From: Eledone cirrhosa
Lineage: Eukaryota
NCBI GenBank assembly: GCA_964016885.1
Contig: CAXHJY010001489.1
Span: 1-39,774, forward strand
Direction of reading: 5' to 3'
Length of the DNA stretch: 39,774 nt
Shown: positions 1 to 12,015 of the stretch, one piece after another
How positions within the stretch are numbered: position 1 is the stretch's first letter
Layout of the letters: every line of letters begins with the position of its first letter
The notes under the pieces: model-generated
Seen by the model: only the letters and a program-made list of their open reading frames with translations
Database searches by the model: none
What the model was told of the DNA's origin: nothing
Position numbers and translations under genes: made by a program

Positions 1-1
1 A

Positions 2-56
<55 letters not shown>
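1..56. repeat. (AG)n microsatellite
   Basis: Near-perfect AG dinucleotide run. Confidence 0.95.
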
Positions 57-59
<3 letters not shown>

Positions 60-652
60 AAAATATATTTTTGAAAAAGACATAATTTTTAAAGCATTAG
101 GAAAATTTAGTTTCGTTGAAGGCTTTAAAAAATTGTTGCCGGCAGCCATTTAAGTTAGAAAATATCTTAAAGGTGACTCAAAAATTCTTGAAGGAAATTT
201 ATATCTGTATTGTTCGTTATTTTCATATAGTTATGTATTGACATTATTACTTTATTTTTTTATTTATTTATTCATGTGTTTCTTTAAGATTTTGTTTTTT
301 TCTTATACATTATTTTAAAGATTCTACTTCATGTTGAGTAACTAACGACCAAAGACAACATACGTACAACAAAATATATAAAAATATTTTTGTAAATCTA
401 TCATGCTTAAGTCATTTTACTTTTGTTCGTTCATTTACTTTAAAGGCCTGAAGCGTTTAAAAATGTATTATCTTTTTAAGTCTTCCCTTCCGTGGCTCCC
501 ACCAACTGGATATTTCACAAATATTATATTTTATTTTAATCTATATTTATCTTAATATATATCTAATATGCTTTATGATTTTTAATTTATTTCTTGCTAC
601 ATTTTTACATTGTTTTTTCTAGTCAATTCTATTTATGTAGATATTTATTTAC

Positions 653-914
<262 letters not shown>

Positions 915-1169
915 TGTCCTTTCGTACCTCAGATAGATCTTAGCCGCTGTGACGATGCTACTTATCGTCTGTCGAAAAATTATCGTTTATTTTGCCACGT
1001 CCCTCCACGCGCCACCCTCCACTGTAATTTTACACTCATCTCGTCCTTCCATATCTCCGACAACCCACTATGCTCACTCTACGCCGCCCTACGCCGCCCT
1101 TCACCGCCCTTCACCTAAAATGGAAATGGCTACCACAGATTCTCATATAGACTTTCTCTTGATTAATTG

Positions 1170-1279
1170 TTTCTACTTTAGGCACAAGGCCAGCAATTAC
1201 CCAGTGTATTACTGGTACTTTATTTTATCGACCCCGTAAGGATGAAAGGCAAAGTCAACCTCGGCGGGATTTGAACTCG
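1170..1279 (-). mobile_element. tRNA-derived SINE, 5'-truncated (Meta/MESC-like central domain)
   Basis: Reverse complement reads GAGTTCAAATCCCGCCGAGGTTGACTTTGCCTTTCATCCTTACGGGGTCGATAAAATAAAGTACCAGT (B-box plus conserved body); near-identical to 4170-4279 and 11900-12015. Confidence 0.8.
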
Positions 1280-1367
1280 AGGAATACTTAACAATTGTAA
1301 AGACAAGAGAGAAAACGTCACACTAGGAAACATATTAACCACACACCGCGCGCGCAGGTATATATAT

Positions 1368-1402
<35 letters not shown>

Positions 1403-1405
<3 letters not shown>

Positions 1406-2017
1406 GTGGCTGCCAACTCGTTTTCGAGTACGGCCACTACTTTTATATCCATGTAGGAGAACCTCTACCGATGCGCTGAATGAGTGTGACTTTTTAGTCC
1501 AGCCAGCGACTTGAAAACTCTGGTACAAACACTACACCTGTGACAATGATTGACACATAGTGCTGGGCCCATGGCACCATGTGACGACAAGTGCAGAGAG
1601 ATCTCCAGATATAAAAGATATAAAGCAATGCCTGTGCGTGAAGCTTTTATAGTGAGCAAAGGCACTGCACAAAGCCAGTCCCAGTCTCTTAACCAAGATG
1701 ATATTTACCAAAAAGAAGAACAAGTCACATCATTGGATACCATCAGGGTTGCAAGTGTTATATCAGAGTTTTCCTTCTCCTAGAATTCTGCCTTGACAAA
1801 GGCTAAGGGGTCATCTCTCCCGGTGATTTTGGATGGCCATTGACGCTTAAGAGCTCCTTTGCCCTTAGACAGGTTTTGTTTATAGTCCTGCAGGATGTCC
1901 AAAGTCACCCTCCTCACCAAGAAACCTTGGTGGGGTTGCCAGTTTAGTCGCCAACGACCCGACCATTAGACAGATTGTACTGGGATACATGTTACAGTAG
2001 CACCAACTGGTGACCTG
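1403..2017 (-). mobile_element. Bipartite non-autonomous RTE-derived retroelement, subfamily A, full-length copy 1
   Basis: Highly similar to 33457-34064 in opposite orientation; RTE-type 5'UTR motif CTAGGAGAAGGAAAACTCTGA; 3' part encodes CSVCTRVFKSLAGLKSHTHSAHR (C2H2); 3' stem-loop ACTCG-AAAA-CGAGT. Confidence 0.8.
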
Positions 2018-2063
2018 ACATAATATATACAGAATGTATACATATATATGTATACATTCATAT

Positions 2064-2101
<38 letters not shown>

Positions 2102-2216
2102 TAATAAAAGAAATTCTAACTTTGTCTGATTTACTCGTTTTATTTACAATCCTTTAAAATTTATAATGGTATTAGAATGAAATAGTATGGTAGAATATTA
2201 AATGTTAAGTGTTAAT

Positions 2217-2255
2217 TGAACAAGTACTTTCATGCTTTCGCAATCTTCAGGTTCA
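2217..2255 (-). ncRNA. Candidate minimal type I hammerhead ribozyme (Penelope-type)
   Basis: Minus strand: TGAAC CTGAAGA TTGC-GAAA-GCAT GAAA GTAC TT GTTCA; 5-bp stem I, GAAA-capped stem II, palindromic AGTACT stem III; U-U at the base of stem II is non-canonical. Confidence 0.6.
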
Positions 2256-2326
2256 TAATGTGTGGTGACAGTCAAGTTTGCAATTTTTCAGTTGAAAATT
2301 GCAAACTTGACTGTCACCACAGAATA

Positions 2327-2365
2327 TAAACCTGAAGATTGCGAAAGCATGAAAGTACTTGTTCA
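2327..2365 (+). ncRNA. Candidate minimal hammerhead ribozyme (mirror copy)
   Basis: TAAAC CTGAAGA TTGCGAAAGCAT GAAA GTAC TT GTTCA; one mismatch in stem I. Confidence 0.5.
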
Positions 2366-2523
2366 ATTAACACTTAACATTTAATATTCTACCATACTAT
2401 TTCCATTCTAATACCATTATAAATTTTAAAGGATTGTAAATAAAACGAGTAAATCAGACAAAGTCGGAATTCCTTTTATTAATATAATCTTCTATACACA
2501 ATCATACACACCCCGTGTATATT

Positions 2524-2542
2524 ATCTATCTATCTATCTATC

Positions 2543-2619
<77 letters not shown>

Positions 2620-2861
2620 CATATATATATACATGTATATATATATATACATGTATATATAATATACATGTATATATATATACATATATACATATATATA
2701 GATATACATGTATATATATATACATGTATAATATATATACATGTATATATATATATATACGTGTATATATATATATACATGTATATACATTATATATATA
2801 TATATATACATGTATATATATATATATACGTGTATATATATATATACATGTATATTACATG

Positions 2862-2909
<48 letters not shown>

Positions 2910-2910
2910 T
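2524..2910. repeat. Compound (TATC)n/(TA)n/(TATACATG)-type microsatellite
   Basis: Direct inspection. Confidence 0.9.
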
Positions 2911-3599
2911 CACACAATATATGCCATTTGTCTTCAGTTTCTTTATACCAATTCTTTCCATCCATCTCTACCCACACATCAATATACTGCACGCGCACAC
3001 ACACACAAACACACACACGCACACACACACACGGGCATATGAAAAATATATGATTACACCAATGATAATGAAGAGGAATAATGGTGGTATTGCAAACAAC
3101 AACAACAACAACAAGACAAGTACAACAACATGAACAAAAATACCACCTCCAACAAAAATAACAGTAACAGCAACTGAAACAATATCAACAATAACATAAC
3201 ATAACCCTCACCACCACTACTACAACAACAACAATAGCAATAGCCCTACAATTACTAATGAACTAAAATGGATTTTAAAGATTTCTTCCAAAAATGACAT
3301 ACCCCTCCATTTTGATAATTTCCTCTAACTTCGGTGACACACATAAACACATATGTGCAAACGTATTCATATGCACGCGCAGATATAGACTAGGCACACA
3401 TATATATATACATATATTAGAATATACATGTAAAAACATGCACTGGCTAAACACAAACACACACATAAAATTAGACTATAAGCACATGTACATTCTTTGT
3501 GACCCCCCCCCCCCCCCGACCTCCTCACGCACACACCACCTACATACGTATCGACTAGACATGCATACTTATATTCACACATACATCGGACACACACAC

Positions 3600-3664
<65 letters not shown>

Positions 3665-3719
3665 AGATGGCGTAGGACAGAACAAAGGAGAAGCACAAAA
3701 ACAAAGAAAAGAATCCCCA

Positions 3720-3762
3720 GTCACTGAAGAGGTCACAGAATGTGTGACGAAAGAACTTTGAC
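3720..3762 (+). ncRNA. Candidate minimal hammerhead ribozyme in a short Penelope-like fragment (~3663-3850)
   Basis: GTCA CTGAAGA G GTCACA-GAATG-TGTGAC GAAA GAAC TT TGAC; stem I GTCA/TGAC, 6-bp stem II, same GAAA-GNAC-TT layout as 2217-2255. Confidence 0.6.
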
Positions 3763-4169
3763 AATATATAAACAATCATCTGGTTGTGGAACCAACCAAC
3801 CAACCAGAAATTTATAAATTCCTAAATTTATAAATTTATTATAATAAATTGAAGTGAAAGCAACTGGTGCGTGTGTTTCTTATTGGCAACATGACCCTCC
3901 CAAAGCATAACAATATCGTTTTCAACACACGTTTTCAGATAAAGAATCTTGCTAAATTAATTCAGAAACGAAATATATATATATATATACATACAAGCAT
4001 AGACTAGACACAATTTGAAATATCAAATAAATATGAAATTATCTCAAAACCAACAAATAACATTATAAAATACTCTCGGCATGTGTGCGTGTATGTTTAA
4101 CTTCAACCAGTAGGTTGATTAAAATGAATATTGTTAATACAAATACTATTATTGTTAGTATTATAATTG

Positions 4170-4345
4170 TTTCTACTATTGGCACAAAGCCAGCAATTAC
4201 CCAGTGCATTACTGTTACTTTATTTTATCGACCCCGTAAGGATGAAAGGCAAAGTCAACCTCGGCGGGATTTGAACTCAGATCGTAAAGGGACATAACAA
4301 TGCTGGAAAGCATGGCGTCCGACGCTCTACCGATACTGCCATTTC
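4170..4345 (-). mobile_element. tRNA-derived SINE (Meta/MESC-like body)
   Basis: Same body as 1170-1279 plus head GGCAGTATCGGTAGAGCGTCGGACG on the minus strand. Confidence 0.8.
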
Positions 4346-4348
4346 CAA

Positions 4349-4545
4349 TGGCGGTGGATTGGATGTATGGGTAAAGCGTCGGGCAATATACTTTGCAGCA
4401 TAGAGTTACAGCCCTTTACTGTCTGAGGTTAGCTTTGCCTTTCATCCTTACGGGGTCGTAAATTAAAGCACCAGTAATGCACTGGGGTCGATTTAATCAA
4501 CTTTCCCTTCCCATAACATTGCGGGCCCTGTGCCTAAATCAAAAA
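4349..4545 (+). mobile_element. tRNA-derived SINE, same family, head-to-head with the previous copy
   Basis: GGCGGTGGATTGG...GGTAAAGCGTCGGGC head; CTTTGCCTTTCATCCTTACGGGGTCG body; GGCCCTGTGCCTAAA tail. Confidence 0.75.
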
Positions 4546-4714
4546 CCATTTTTTATTATTACAACTATTATTTCTACTACCGTATTCTTCCTTGTAGTTT
4601 ACACATTCGTGCATAACGCACACTTTTAAATGTCTGGTAAAGTGTAGTTTACATTTAGTAAACAATTTTTTATGGTGTAAACCGCGCAACCCCAAAACAA
4701 ACAAGGGAAATGCC

Positions 4715-5070
4715 TAGTTACGGCTCTTTTCGGTCTGGGTACAAATTCCGCCTGTCGTCTTTGCCTCTCATCCTTCTGGAGTTAATAAACGCCCATAAAA
4801 TACACCGAACTTTCTGGCCTTGAACTGATGTAAGAGACCATAACACTAATTATTATCATTGTTAATGATACCTGATGTCATAATCAGTAGAGCTTCAGAA
4901 AAAATGACCTCTCAGTATTTATTTACTTATATTTATTTACGTTCTGTGTTCAAATTCTCTTTAGGTCAACTTGAGACTTTCATTCTCACTTTAAAATAAA
5001 GTTGCAGTCATGTACTGTGGATAGGGTCGATTAAATAAATTACCATTCATATTTTATGGGCTCACATGCA
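4715..5070 (+). mobile_element. Two diverged SINE fragments of the same family
   Basis: GTACAAATTCCGCC..CTTTGCCTCTCATCCTTCTGGAG and GTTCAAATTCTC..GGTCAACTT..CAGTCATGTACTG. Confidence 0.5.
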
Positions 5071-5074
5071 TGCT

Positions 5075-5280
5075 AGTCCCCTCTCCACGTCACAAATGTT
5101 GTCCAAAAGAAAGGTAGGCCCCGATACTACTTGGCATCTGTGACATCCCTAGTCATTTTCTCCAACAGGAACCAACAGGAAGTATCTTGCTCATGGATAA
5201 CGCACCGCCATTCCGGGAATAGAACTCACGTCCTTACAATCCCGAGTTCACCACCCTAACCACTAAGCCCCACGCCTCAC
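5075..5280 (-). mobile_element. tRNA-derived CORE-like SINE
   Basis: Minus strand GTGAGGCGTGGGGCTTAGTGGTTAGGGTG (A-box) ... GTGAGTTCTATTCCCGG (B-box) ... CCATGAGCAAGATACTT (CORE-like). Confidence 0.65.
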
Positions 5281-5556
5281 TACCAGTCATGTAATGGGGG
5301 TCGATATACTAAAATATATCCCCACTCAACAATATATCAGCTTGTTATAACGTACGTAATCAATTATTAGACAAGATGGACCATAACTCCCATTACAATT
5401 TAAAAATTTAATAAGTTTTTGCCAATAATTTATTTTAAATTTTTCATTCAGATTTTGAAAACACAACCTGCTAATTTATTGTGGATAAAAAGCAGGACAG
5501 AGCAACGCATAAAAATCATAAATAAATAGTAAATAAATAAATGATCACATTATAAA

Positions 5557-5724
5557 ATGATGATGATAATGGTGTTGTTGATAGTGATGATTGTGATGTT
5601 GGTGGTGATGGTGATATTGGTGATGATGATGATAGTAGTGATAGTAGTGGTGGTGGTGAGGATAATGATAATGATGATGGTGGTGGTAATGATAATGATG
5701 ATGATGGTGGTGGTTGGGGTGATG
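5557..5724. repeat. Degenerate (GAT/GGT)n trinucleotide repeat
   Basis: Direct inspection. Confidence 0.85.
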
Positions 5725-5907
5725 AATAAATACAAATTATTAATAAAACAACATATATATTATGGCTAGTCTGTATCTGTGGAGGATAGATTTCGCATTG
5801 TATCCGTCCTCATCGACGGAATGTTGAGAAAAAGATGTCAATCATCCAATTTATATTCTCGGTTACCCATATTTCATTTTAATTATAACTTTAATAATTA
5901 TAGTAAT

Positions 5908-6380
5908 GGTTTCTGATTTAGGCACATGGACAACAATTATGGGGAAGAGGAAGTCAACTAAATCGACGCCAGTGCATTACTGTGAAGGCGCATAGCTTAG
6001 AGGTTAGAGCATTGGGCTTGCAATCGAAAGGTTGTGAGTTCAATTCTCAGACCGGGTGATGTGTTGTTTCCTTGAGCAAGACACTTTATTTCACGTTGCT
6101 CCAGTTTACTCAGCTGTAGAAATGAGATGATAGGACTGGAGTCTCTATCATTAAATGACCCAAGACAGTTCCAACAAGATATACCTTGGAGGAGGCCAGC
6201 TAAACCTGCATAGGTGTGAGCTGTCACATACACAGTGCATTACTGGTACTTTATTTTATCGACTATATAAGGATGAAAGGCAAAGCTAACCTCGGCTGGA
6301 TTTGAAATCAGAAGTAAATGGACGTAACTATATTTCACAAAGCATGCTGCCCGACGCTCTACCGATGCTGCTAATCCACC
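5908..6380 (-). mobile_element. Meta/MESC-like SINE split by a nested insertion
   Basis: 5908-5982 and 6233-6380 join into one SINE once the insert and one copy of CAGTGCATTACTG are removed. Confidence 0.75.
5983..6232 (+). mobile_element. tRNA-derived CORE-like SINE with 13-bp TSD
   Basis: GGCGCATAGCTTAGAGGTTAGAGC A-box, GAGTTCAATTCTC B-box, TCCTTGAGCAAGACACTT CORE-like motif; TSD CAGTGCATTACTG at 5970-5982 and 6233-6245. Confidence 0.85.
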
Positions 6381-6403
6381 TTCTTAGTTATAGTTATTTC
6401 ATT

Positions 6404-6685
6404 TTAGGCACAATGCCAGTAACTTTCGTGGTGGAGGTGGGGGGGGGGGGAGCCATTTGTATTGACCCCAGTTCTCGATTGATACTTTATTTTATAGGAC
6501 GGAGGTTTGGCAGTATCGGTAGAGCGTCAGACACCATGTTTTGCATCATAGGAGTTATAGCCCTTTACGTTCTGAGTTCAAACCCTGCCAGGTTAACTTT
6601 GCCTTTCATCCTTACGGAATCGATAAAATAAAGCACTAGTAATGTACTGGGGTAATTGCTGGCCTTGTGCCAAAAGTAGAAACAT
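6404..6685. mobile_element. SINE 3' fragment (minus, ~6404-6495) abutting a plus-strand SINE (~6500-6685)
   Basis: GGCAGTATCGGTAGAGCGTCAG head, GAGTTCAAACCC B-box, TTTGCCTTTCATCCTTACGG body. Confidence 0.75.
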
Positions 6686-6986
6686 TATATTAGTATTACA
6701 TATTTGGATTTTGCTTTGTGTTTGTATGAACTGACACCAAGTCTCACCCAGAGACCTTAAGTTAACATTATGACCTGGATGACTGATAAATGTAATGATT
6801 TTTTTTGTGTATGGGGAGGGGGCATGTAGATTGGTGATATGAATGTGTTTTGTGTGCATTGGGTCCGTCGAAGTATTGTTTTAGAAAATGTAAAAAACCT
6901 ATAAAAATTATTTACTGTTAAGTTCATATAGAAGTGCTTTTGATAATGTTTAGAAATTTAAAAAATGTTTTTGAGTAACAAAGTAT

Positions 6987-6987
<1 letters not shown>

Positions 6988-7018
<31 letters not shown>

Positions 7019-7024
7019 AATCAT

Positions 7025-7055
<31 letters not shown>
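6988..7055. repeat. (ATC)n microsatellite
   Basis: Direct inspection. Confidence 0.95.
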
Positions 7056-7268
7056 TAGTGTATTTTATGAAAGATGGGTGAGAAAGGCAAGATTGGCGAA
7101 ACTAACCGAGTCTAATTTGACTCTTTTTCGAAGTAGGAGGAAAGGAACCGGAAAGGAATACTATCAATGCCAGTGAGGCAACAAAGTAATCCGGGGATTT
7201 CTGTAGAGTTTCTCTCTCTATTTACCCAAAAGTGCAGTCCCTCACTATTCAGGGAACTTGTAATTTTC

Positions 7269-7389
<121 letters not shown>

Positions 7390-7706
7390 ACACGAAAGGA
7401 GCTGTGTGGTTACTGTAAACAAAGTTTAAGATGGTAGTATGGACGAAACAAGAGAAGAAAAGAAATCCTTCATCAGCTGTAAAACCGAGATCAAGATGTT
7501 TCGGCGCTCAATACAGAACATCTAAAAGCGAACAGCGATGCTCCCAATGCCTTTTCTCAATCAAAAGGCCAGGAGGGAAAGAAAAGAAAAAAGAAGAAAA
7601 AAGGGAGAAAGGTAGTGAGGAGAGAGGAAGAAAGAGAAAAAACAGGTAAACAGACCAGATAGTGGGGAGACATATATATTACTCAATGGAACATGCAAGT
7701 GAGTAA

Positions 7707-7740
<34 letters not shown>

Positions 7741-7742
<2 letters not shown>

Positions 7743-8067
7743 GTGTACCTCCGGCATTCACGGTTCCGGTTATTCACGGATTTTCCTTAGAATCTAACTA
7801 ATAATTGTTTGTGGAAACTACCGTATATTCGCGGAATCGTAAACATCTTCCGTGATGTTTTTATGTTTTTTTTTCGTAGCAATATATCTTTTTTCGCGCT
7901 TTTTAACGCTAACTTATTAATAGCAATATATCGTATTTGCCGGACTATATTTTCGTTATGATTTGACGTTTATAGACATTTTTATGGACCACGTCCGATA
8001 TTCGCGGTTTTTCACTCTTCGCGGATGCTCTAGGAACGTAAACCCTGCGAATACCGGGGAACAACTG
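7741..8067. mobile_element. Tigger/pogo-type MITE
   Basis: Imperfect TIRs TAGTGTACCTCCGGCATTCACGG / CTGCGAATACCGGGAACAACTG with TA flanks; internal repeats of TATTCGCGG typical of MER2-group elements. Confidence 0.65.
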
Positions 8068-8344
8068 TATATATAACAATTTCTATTATTGTTATTCGTA
8101 CCGTTTTCTCTTGGATGATGTTCTCCTTGCTTGATGTAAACCCTATTAAGTTTTTGTCTTCGACCCTTGTGGCCAATAAAAGAAACCACTATCATATTGA
8201 TTATGTCGGTTTTCATGATGATTATCGTTCGATCAACTTCAGTTTTGCCTTGTGAATTAACGTGTAAGTGGTTGATAATTCCACAGACACGTGTACCCTT
8301 AACATAATTCATTCGACGGTCTTCCACAGAAATATCGTACACCC

Positions 8345-8475
8345 AATTTCAATCGCAAGCCTTAGGTTAATCCGACTGAGTTTATAGTAAGGAAACTTGC
8401 CCAAGAGATCACACTGTGGGATCGAAACATGGACCTTCTGGTTGTGATGAAAACTTCTTAACCACTTATCCATGG
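8345..8475 (-). mobile_element. Diverged CORE-like tRNA SINE
   Basis: AAACTTGCCCAAG...GTGGGATCGAAAC...CTTCTTAACCAC is the reverse complement of an A/B-box head plus CORE. Confidence 0.55.
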
Positions 8476-8563
8476 ATCACTACAACACATATTATTTTAA
8501 AACAAACGGAAGAATTAGATAGAATTTATCTGCCAAGATATGTGTGCATGTGTAAACGTATGC

Positions 8564-8750
<187 letters not shown>

Positions 8751-9007
8751 ATGTGTCTGTATGTGTATAGTGTGCGGGTGAGAGTGAGAGAAAGAGTGTT
8801 ATGTTAGACGAAAAGAGACCAAACCCACTCCAACCAAAAATAGAAATCCTCATTATTATCAGAAATAATTATGCTGAATATGATGATGGAGATAATGATA
8901 TCAGTGTTAATGAGGGCTGAATTAACTTCCCTAATTATGATTTCTCTTCAAATAAACACCACTGCCATCAACACCAACCACAACCACAACCGATATTACA
9001 GAAACAG

Positions 9008-9120
9008 ATGATGATGATAGCGGTGGTGGTGGTGGTGGTGATGATGATGGTAATGGTGGTGGTGATGGCGATGGTGATGCTAATGATGATGATTCCTAAA
9101 AGAATGATGGTGGTGGTGTC
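9008..9120. repeat. Degenerate (GAT/GGT)n repeat
   Basis: Direct inspection. Confidence 0.85.
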
Positions 9121-11381
9121 GATGTTGACGAAGGTAAACAGAACAGCCAATGACTTTTTTTTTCTTTTATTAAACTTCAGGTATCGCCCTCCAGTCGTAT
9201 TGGCTAACCACTATACCGCCGCCATCCACCCACCCGTTCATCCGTCTAACCACCATCCGTCTCTCTAACCACACACCCAACTATGCCCCATCCTACGCTC
9301 CCCACAGCTCCGTCATCCTAGCTTAAATAGTTCCCTCCTCTTGCCTCATGTCACAATGGGGAGGCGAGTCGATTACTGTATCATAATCTCCGAAATAAAA
9401 ACAAATAAACAAATCAATCAAAATTGAAATGAGTATTAAATAAACATTAAATATACAAATAAAATAAAAATTGGAATTTATTAAAATGAAAAATAAAATC
9501 ATCAAAATAAATTTATTTGAAAGAGAGGAAACCAGGCGTATGCCATAACGCCTTAATCTATTATTCTCCACCCCACCCCAGCACCACCAGAGGCTAAAGC
9601 CACATGAGGCCAAATTCATCTATCCCTATCCCCACTCCGTCTCTTTATTCAATGGGATTTAAACTTCCTATTTCCAAAAAAAATTGTGAGCTCTATCATT
9701 TAAAGTAGATATAAATGAAATATATGCCAAATATTTATAGAAAAGTAAAGGAAAGAAGCCAGTCGTTAGTTTGAAGCGGAGAAACTATGTTTACATTGAT
9801 ATTTCAATTATTGATACTATCTGCCGGTCGCAATACCTGATGCAAGGAGACCGAAGATACATTTGAATCCAGAACGCACAGAGCTGGATCATATACGGCA
9901 AAGCCTCTCATCTGACTAATAATTTAACCCTCCCCCGTCCCTGGACAGATCCTTTCTTTACCTACCCCGAAAGAATGAAAGATAAATTTGAACTCTATCT
10001 CTCTATCTCTCTATCTCTCTTTGGAAGAAATCGTTAGTGTTCAGACTCGGAGAGTAATGGGTTCCACCGGGTTTTAAAATCAGGACGATGCACCTACGAC
10101 AGTCAGGTGTTAATGGCTTCCTATGGGACTAAATTACCAAATTTGTGTCTTATTTAAAACAGTAGGTAGAGGTAGTGTCGTTGGCTCAAACGCTTACCAT
10201 TAATGATATGAATAAAACAGCATGGGAGATTATGACTCATTAACAACCATAATATTATCCCCACTCACCCAATCATGTTATATTCTTCATAATATGAAAT
10301 ATGTTCTTAACTTGAAATTATTCCCTCTTTTTCTTTGAAAGTCGCTAATAATTACTACTGCGTTTTTATTTTATTTCTCCACTAAGAGAGAGATTTCAAT
10401 TCACAGATTTAAAAAATAATTATTTGCATAAACCATTCATTATATCACAATTTCCCTTTTAAACACCAACAGGCATAAATTTACTATTGTTTGGTTTTAT
10501 CTTTAACCTCCTGTAAGGATTCAGCAGAAAATATCTAAAACCGGGTCTATTAATTAAAATGTTTATGCTATGTTTACTAATGGACAGATCGTTACGAAAA
10601 TTTGTACTAAATCAAAGTAAATACTATATTTTCATGTGAGGGAGTCCTTATGCTGTTTTGTACTTAGCAAGAATATATTGTTAATGAGGTTTCATGCAGT
10701 ACAGGGCATTATATTTATACACAAGAAATTAGTGAACATCCTTTCGTAAGATAAGATGGCGAAAATGAACTATATTTATGCGCATGCGCAAGTGAGAGAG
10801 AAAGAGAGAAGCGGGAAATATGAAGGCGGAGAGGAACTCGTCGAACATTATATGCTCGAGTTCAGCGAAGCTGTAGGTAATCAGGTACCAGGTCATCTGG
10901 CAATCTTATTTGGGGATGAGTGGATACCTTATTCACATTTTATCTCTTTAATGCAACCTTTCTTTGTGTCTCTTAACATCCTACATACATTTCCGGTACA
11001 TGAATAAATGCATAAATATGTATGGGTAACGAAATAGGATTTATATAGCATACATACGTATATTCATGTCAACAAACAAGAAAACACACACACATAAATA
11101 TATATTTATATATGTATACGTACACACACGCACACATAAATACACATAAATATATATTTATATATGTATACGTACACGTACACACACACATACATACGTG
11201 CACGTTTGAATTTACAAACGGAGGAATATTGTCAATATGTAAAGGTAAGGTAGGGAGTCCTTTACTGTTTAGTCAATGAAGGATGAGCTGTGCCTATGAC
11301 TTTTTCGCAGCTTCCGTGATTGCTGGGAGCGAAGGTGTTCTCAGACTGGAGATCTGGCCTCAATGATTATAGCATGATCTC

Positions 11382-11456
<75 letters not shown>

Positions 11457-11755
11457 TGTGCGGGCCAAAGGTAAAACGGAAACAACAAGGCAAAGGAGCA
11501 AGCCGTTATCCACATAAGATATTGTCACCAAGGTTACTAAGAAATCTCATCTATCAAGAAATCAGAATTATCCTTTTCCCAGACAAACTGACGACCAAGG
11601 TCAATGAGATCTGTGTACTCGCATATATATATATACAGGGGATAATTCGCAAATAAATGTAAGAACATATCAACTAGAATTGAGCAGTATAGACAGTTTA
11701 ACCAACAAATAATCAATCAGTACATACCGAACACCAAATAATTATTTTACTCTCT

Positions 11756-11830
11756 GGATAGCTAGACATAGCAGTCAAGAACCATTCGCATATTCACGTT
11801 ACGTAGGCAAACAGAAGTGCGGTGTTATTT
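11756..11830 (+). repeat. 75-bp exact direct duplicate of 12224-12298
   Basis: GGATAGCTAGACATAGCAGTC...GGTGTTATTT is identical at both positions. Confidence 0.9.
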
Positions 11831-11837
11831 TACTCGA

Positions 11838-12015
11838 TTGGCAGTATCGGTAGAGGGTCGGATGCCATGCTTTACAGCAAAGAGTTACGGCCCTTTATGG
11901 TCTGAGTTCAAATCCCGCCAAGGTTAACTTTACTTTCATCCTTACGGGGTCGATAAAATAAAGTACCAGTAATGCACTGGGATAATTGCTGGCCTTGTGC
12001 CAAAAGTAGAAACTA
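11838..12015 (+). mobile_element. tRNA-derived SINE (Meta/MESC-like body)
   Basis: TTGGCAGTATCGGTAGAGGGTCGG head, GAGTTCAAATCCCGCC B-box, conserved body and tail. Confidence 0.8.

Larger units (their letters stand above)
2098..2485. repeat. ~385-bp near-perfect palindrome, probably an inverted duplication of a Penelope-like terminal repeat
   Basis: Arms 2098-2290 and 2293-2485 are reverse complements with few mismatches; centre near 2291; each arm carries a hammerhead core. Confidence 0.9.

Noticed and set aside
1000-1116. GC-rich ACGCCGCCCT short repeats as a regulatory island
   Set aside because: Short degenerate tandem repeat with no independent evidence of function
1465-1665. Host C2H2 zinc-finger gene exon
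   Set aside because: It lies in a repeat present three times and is followed by a stem-loop and tail; it is an RTE C-terminal remnant
5985-6057. tRNA gene
   Set aside because: A/B boxes are present, but there is no proper acceptor stem and it continues into a CORE-like body with TSDs; it is a SINE head
7431-7649. 72-aa K/E/R-rich ORF with a nearby AG|GTAAAC
   Set aside because: Purine-rich low-complexity sequence with no homology I recognise; a UTR exon cannot be excluded
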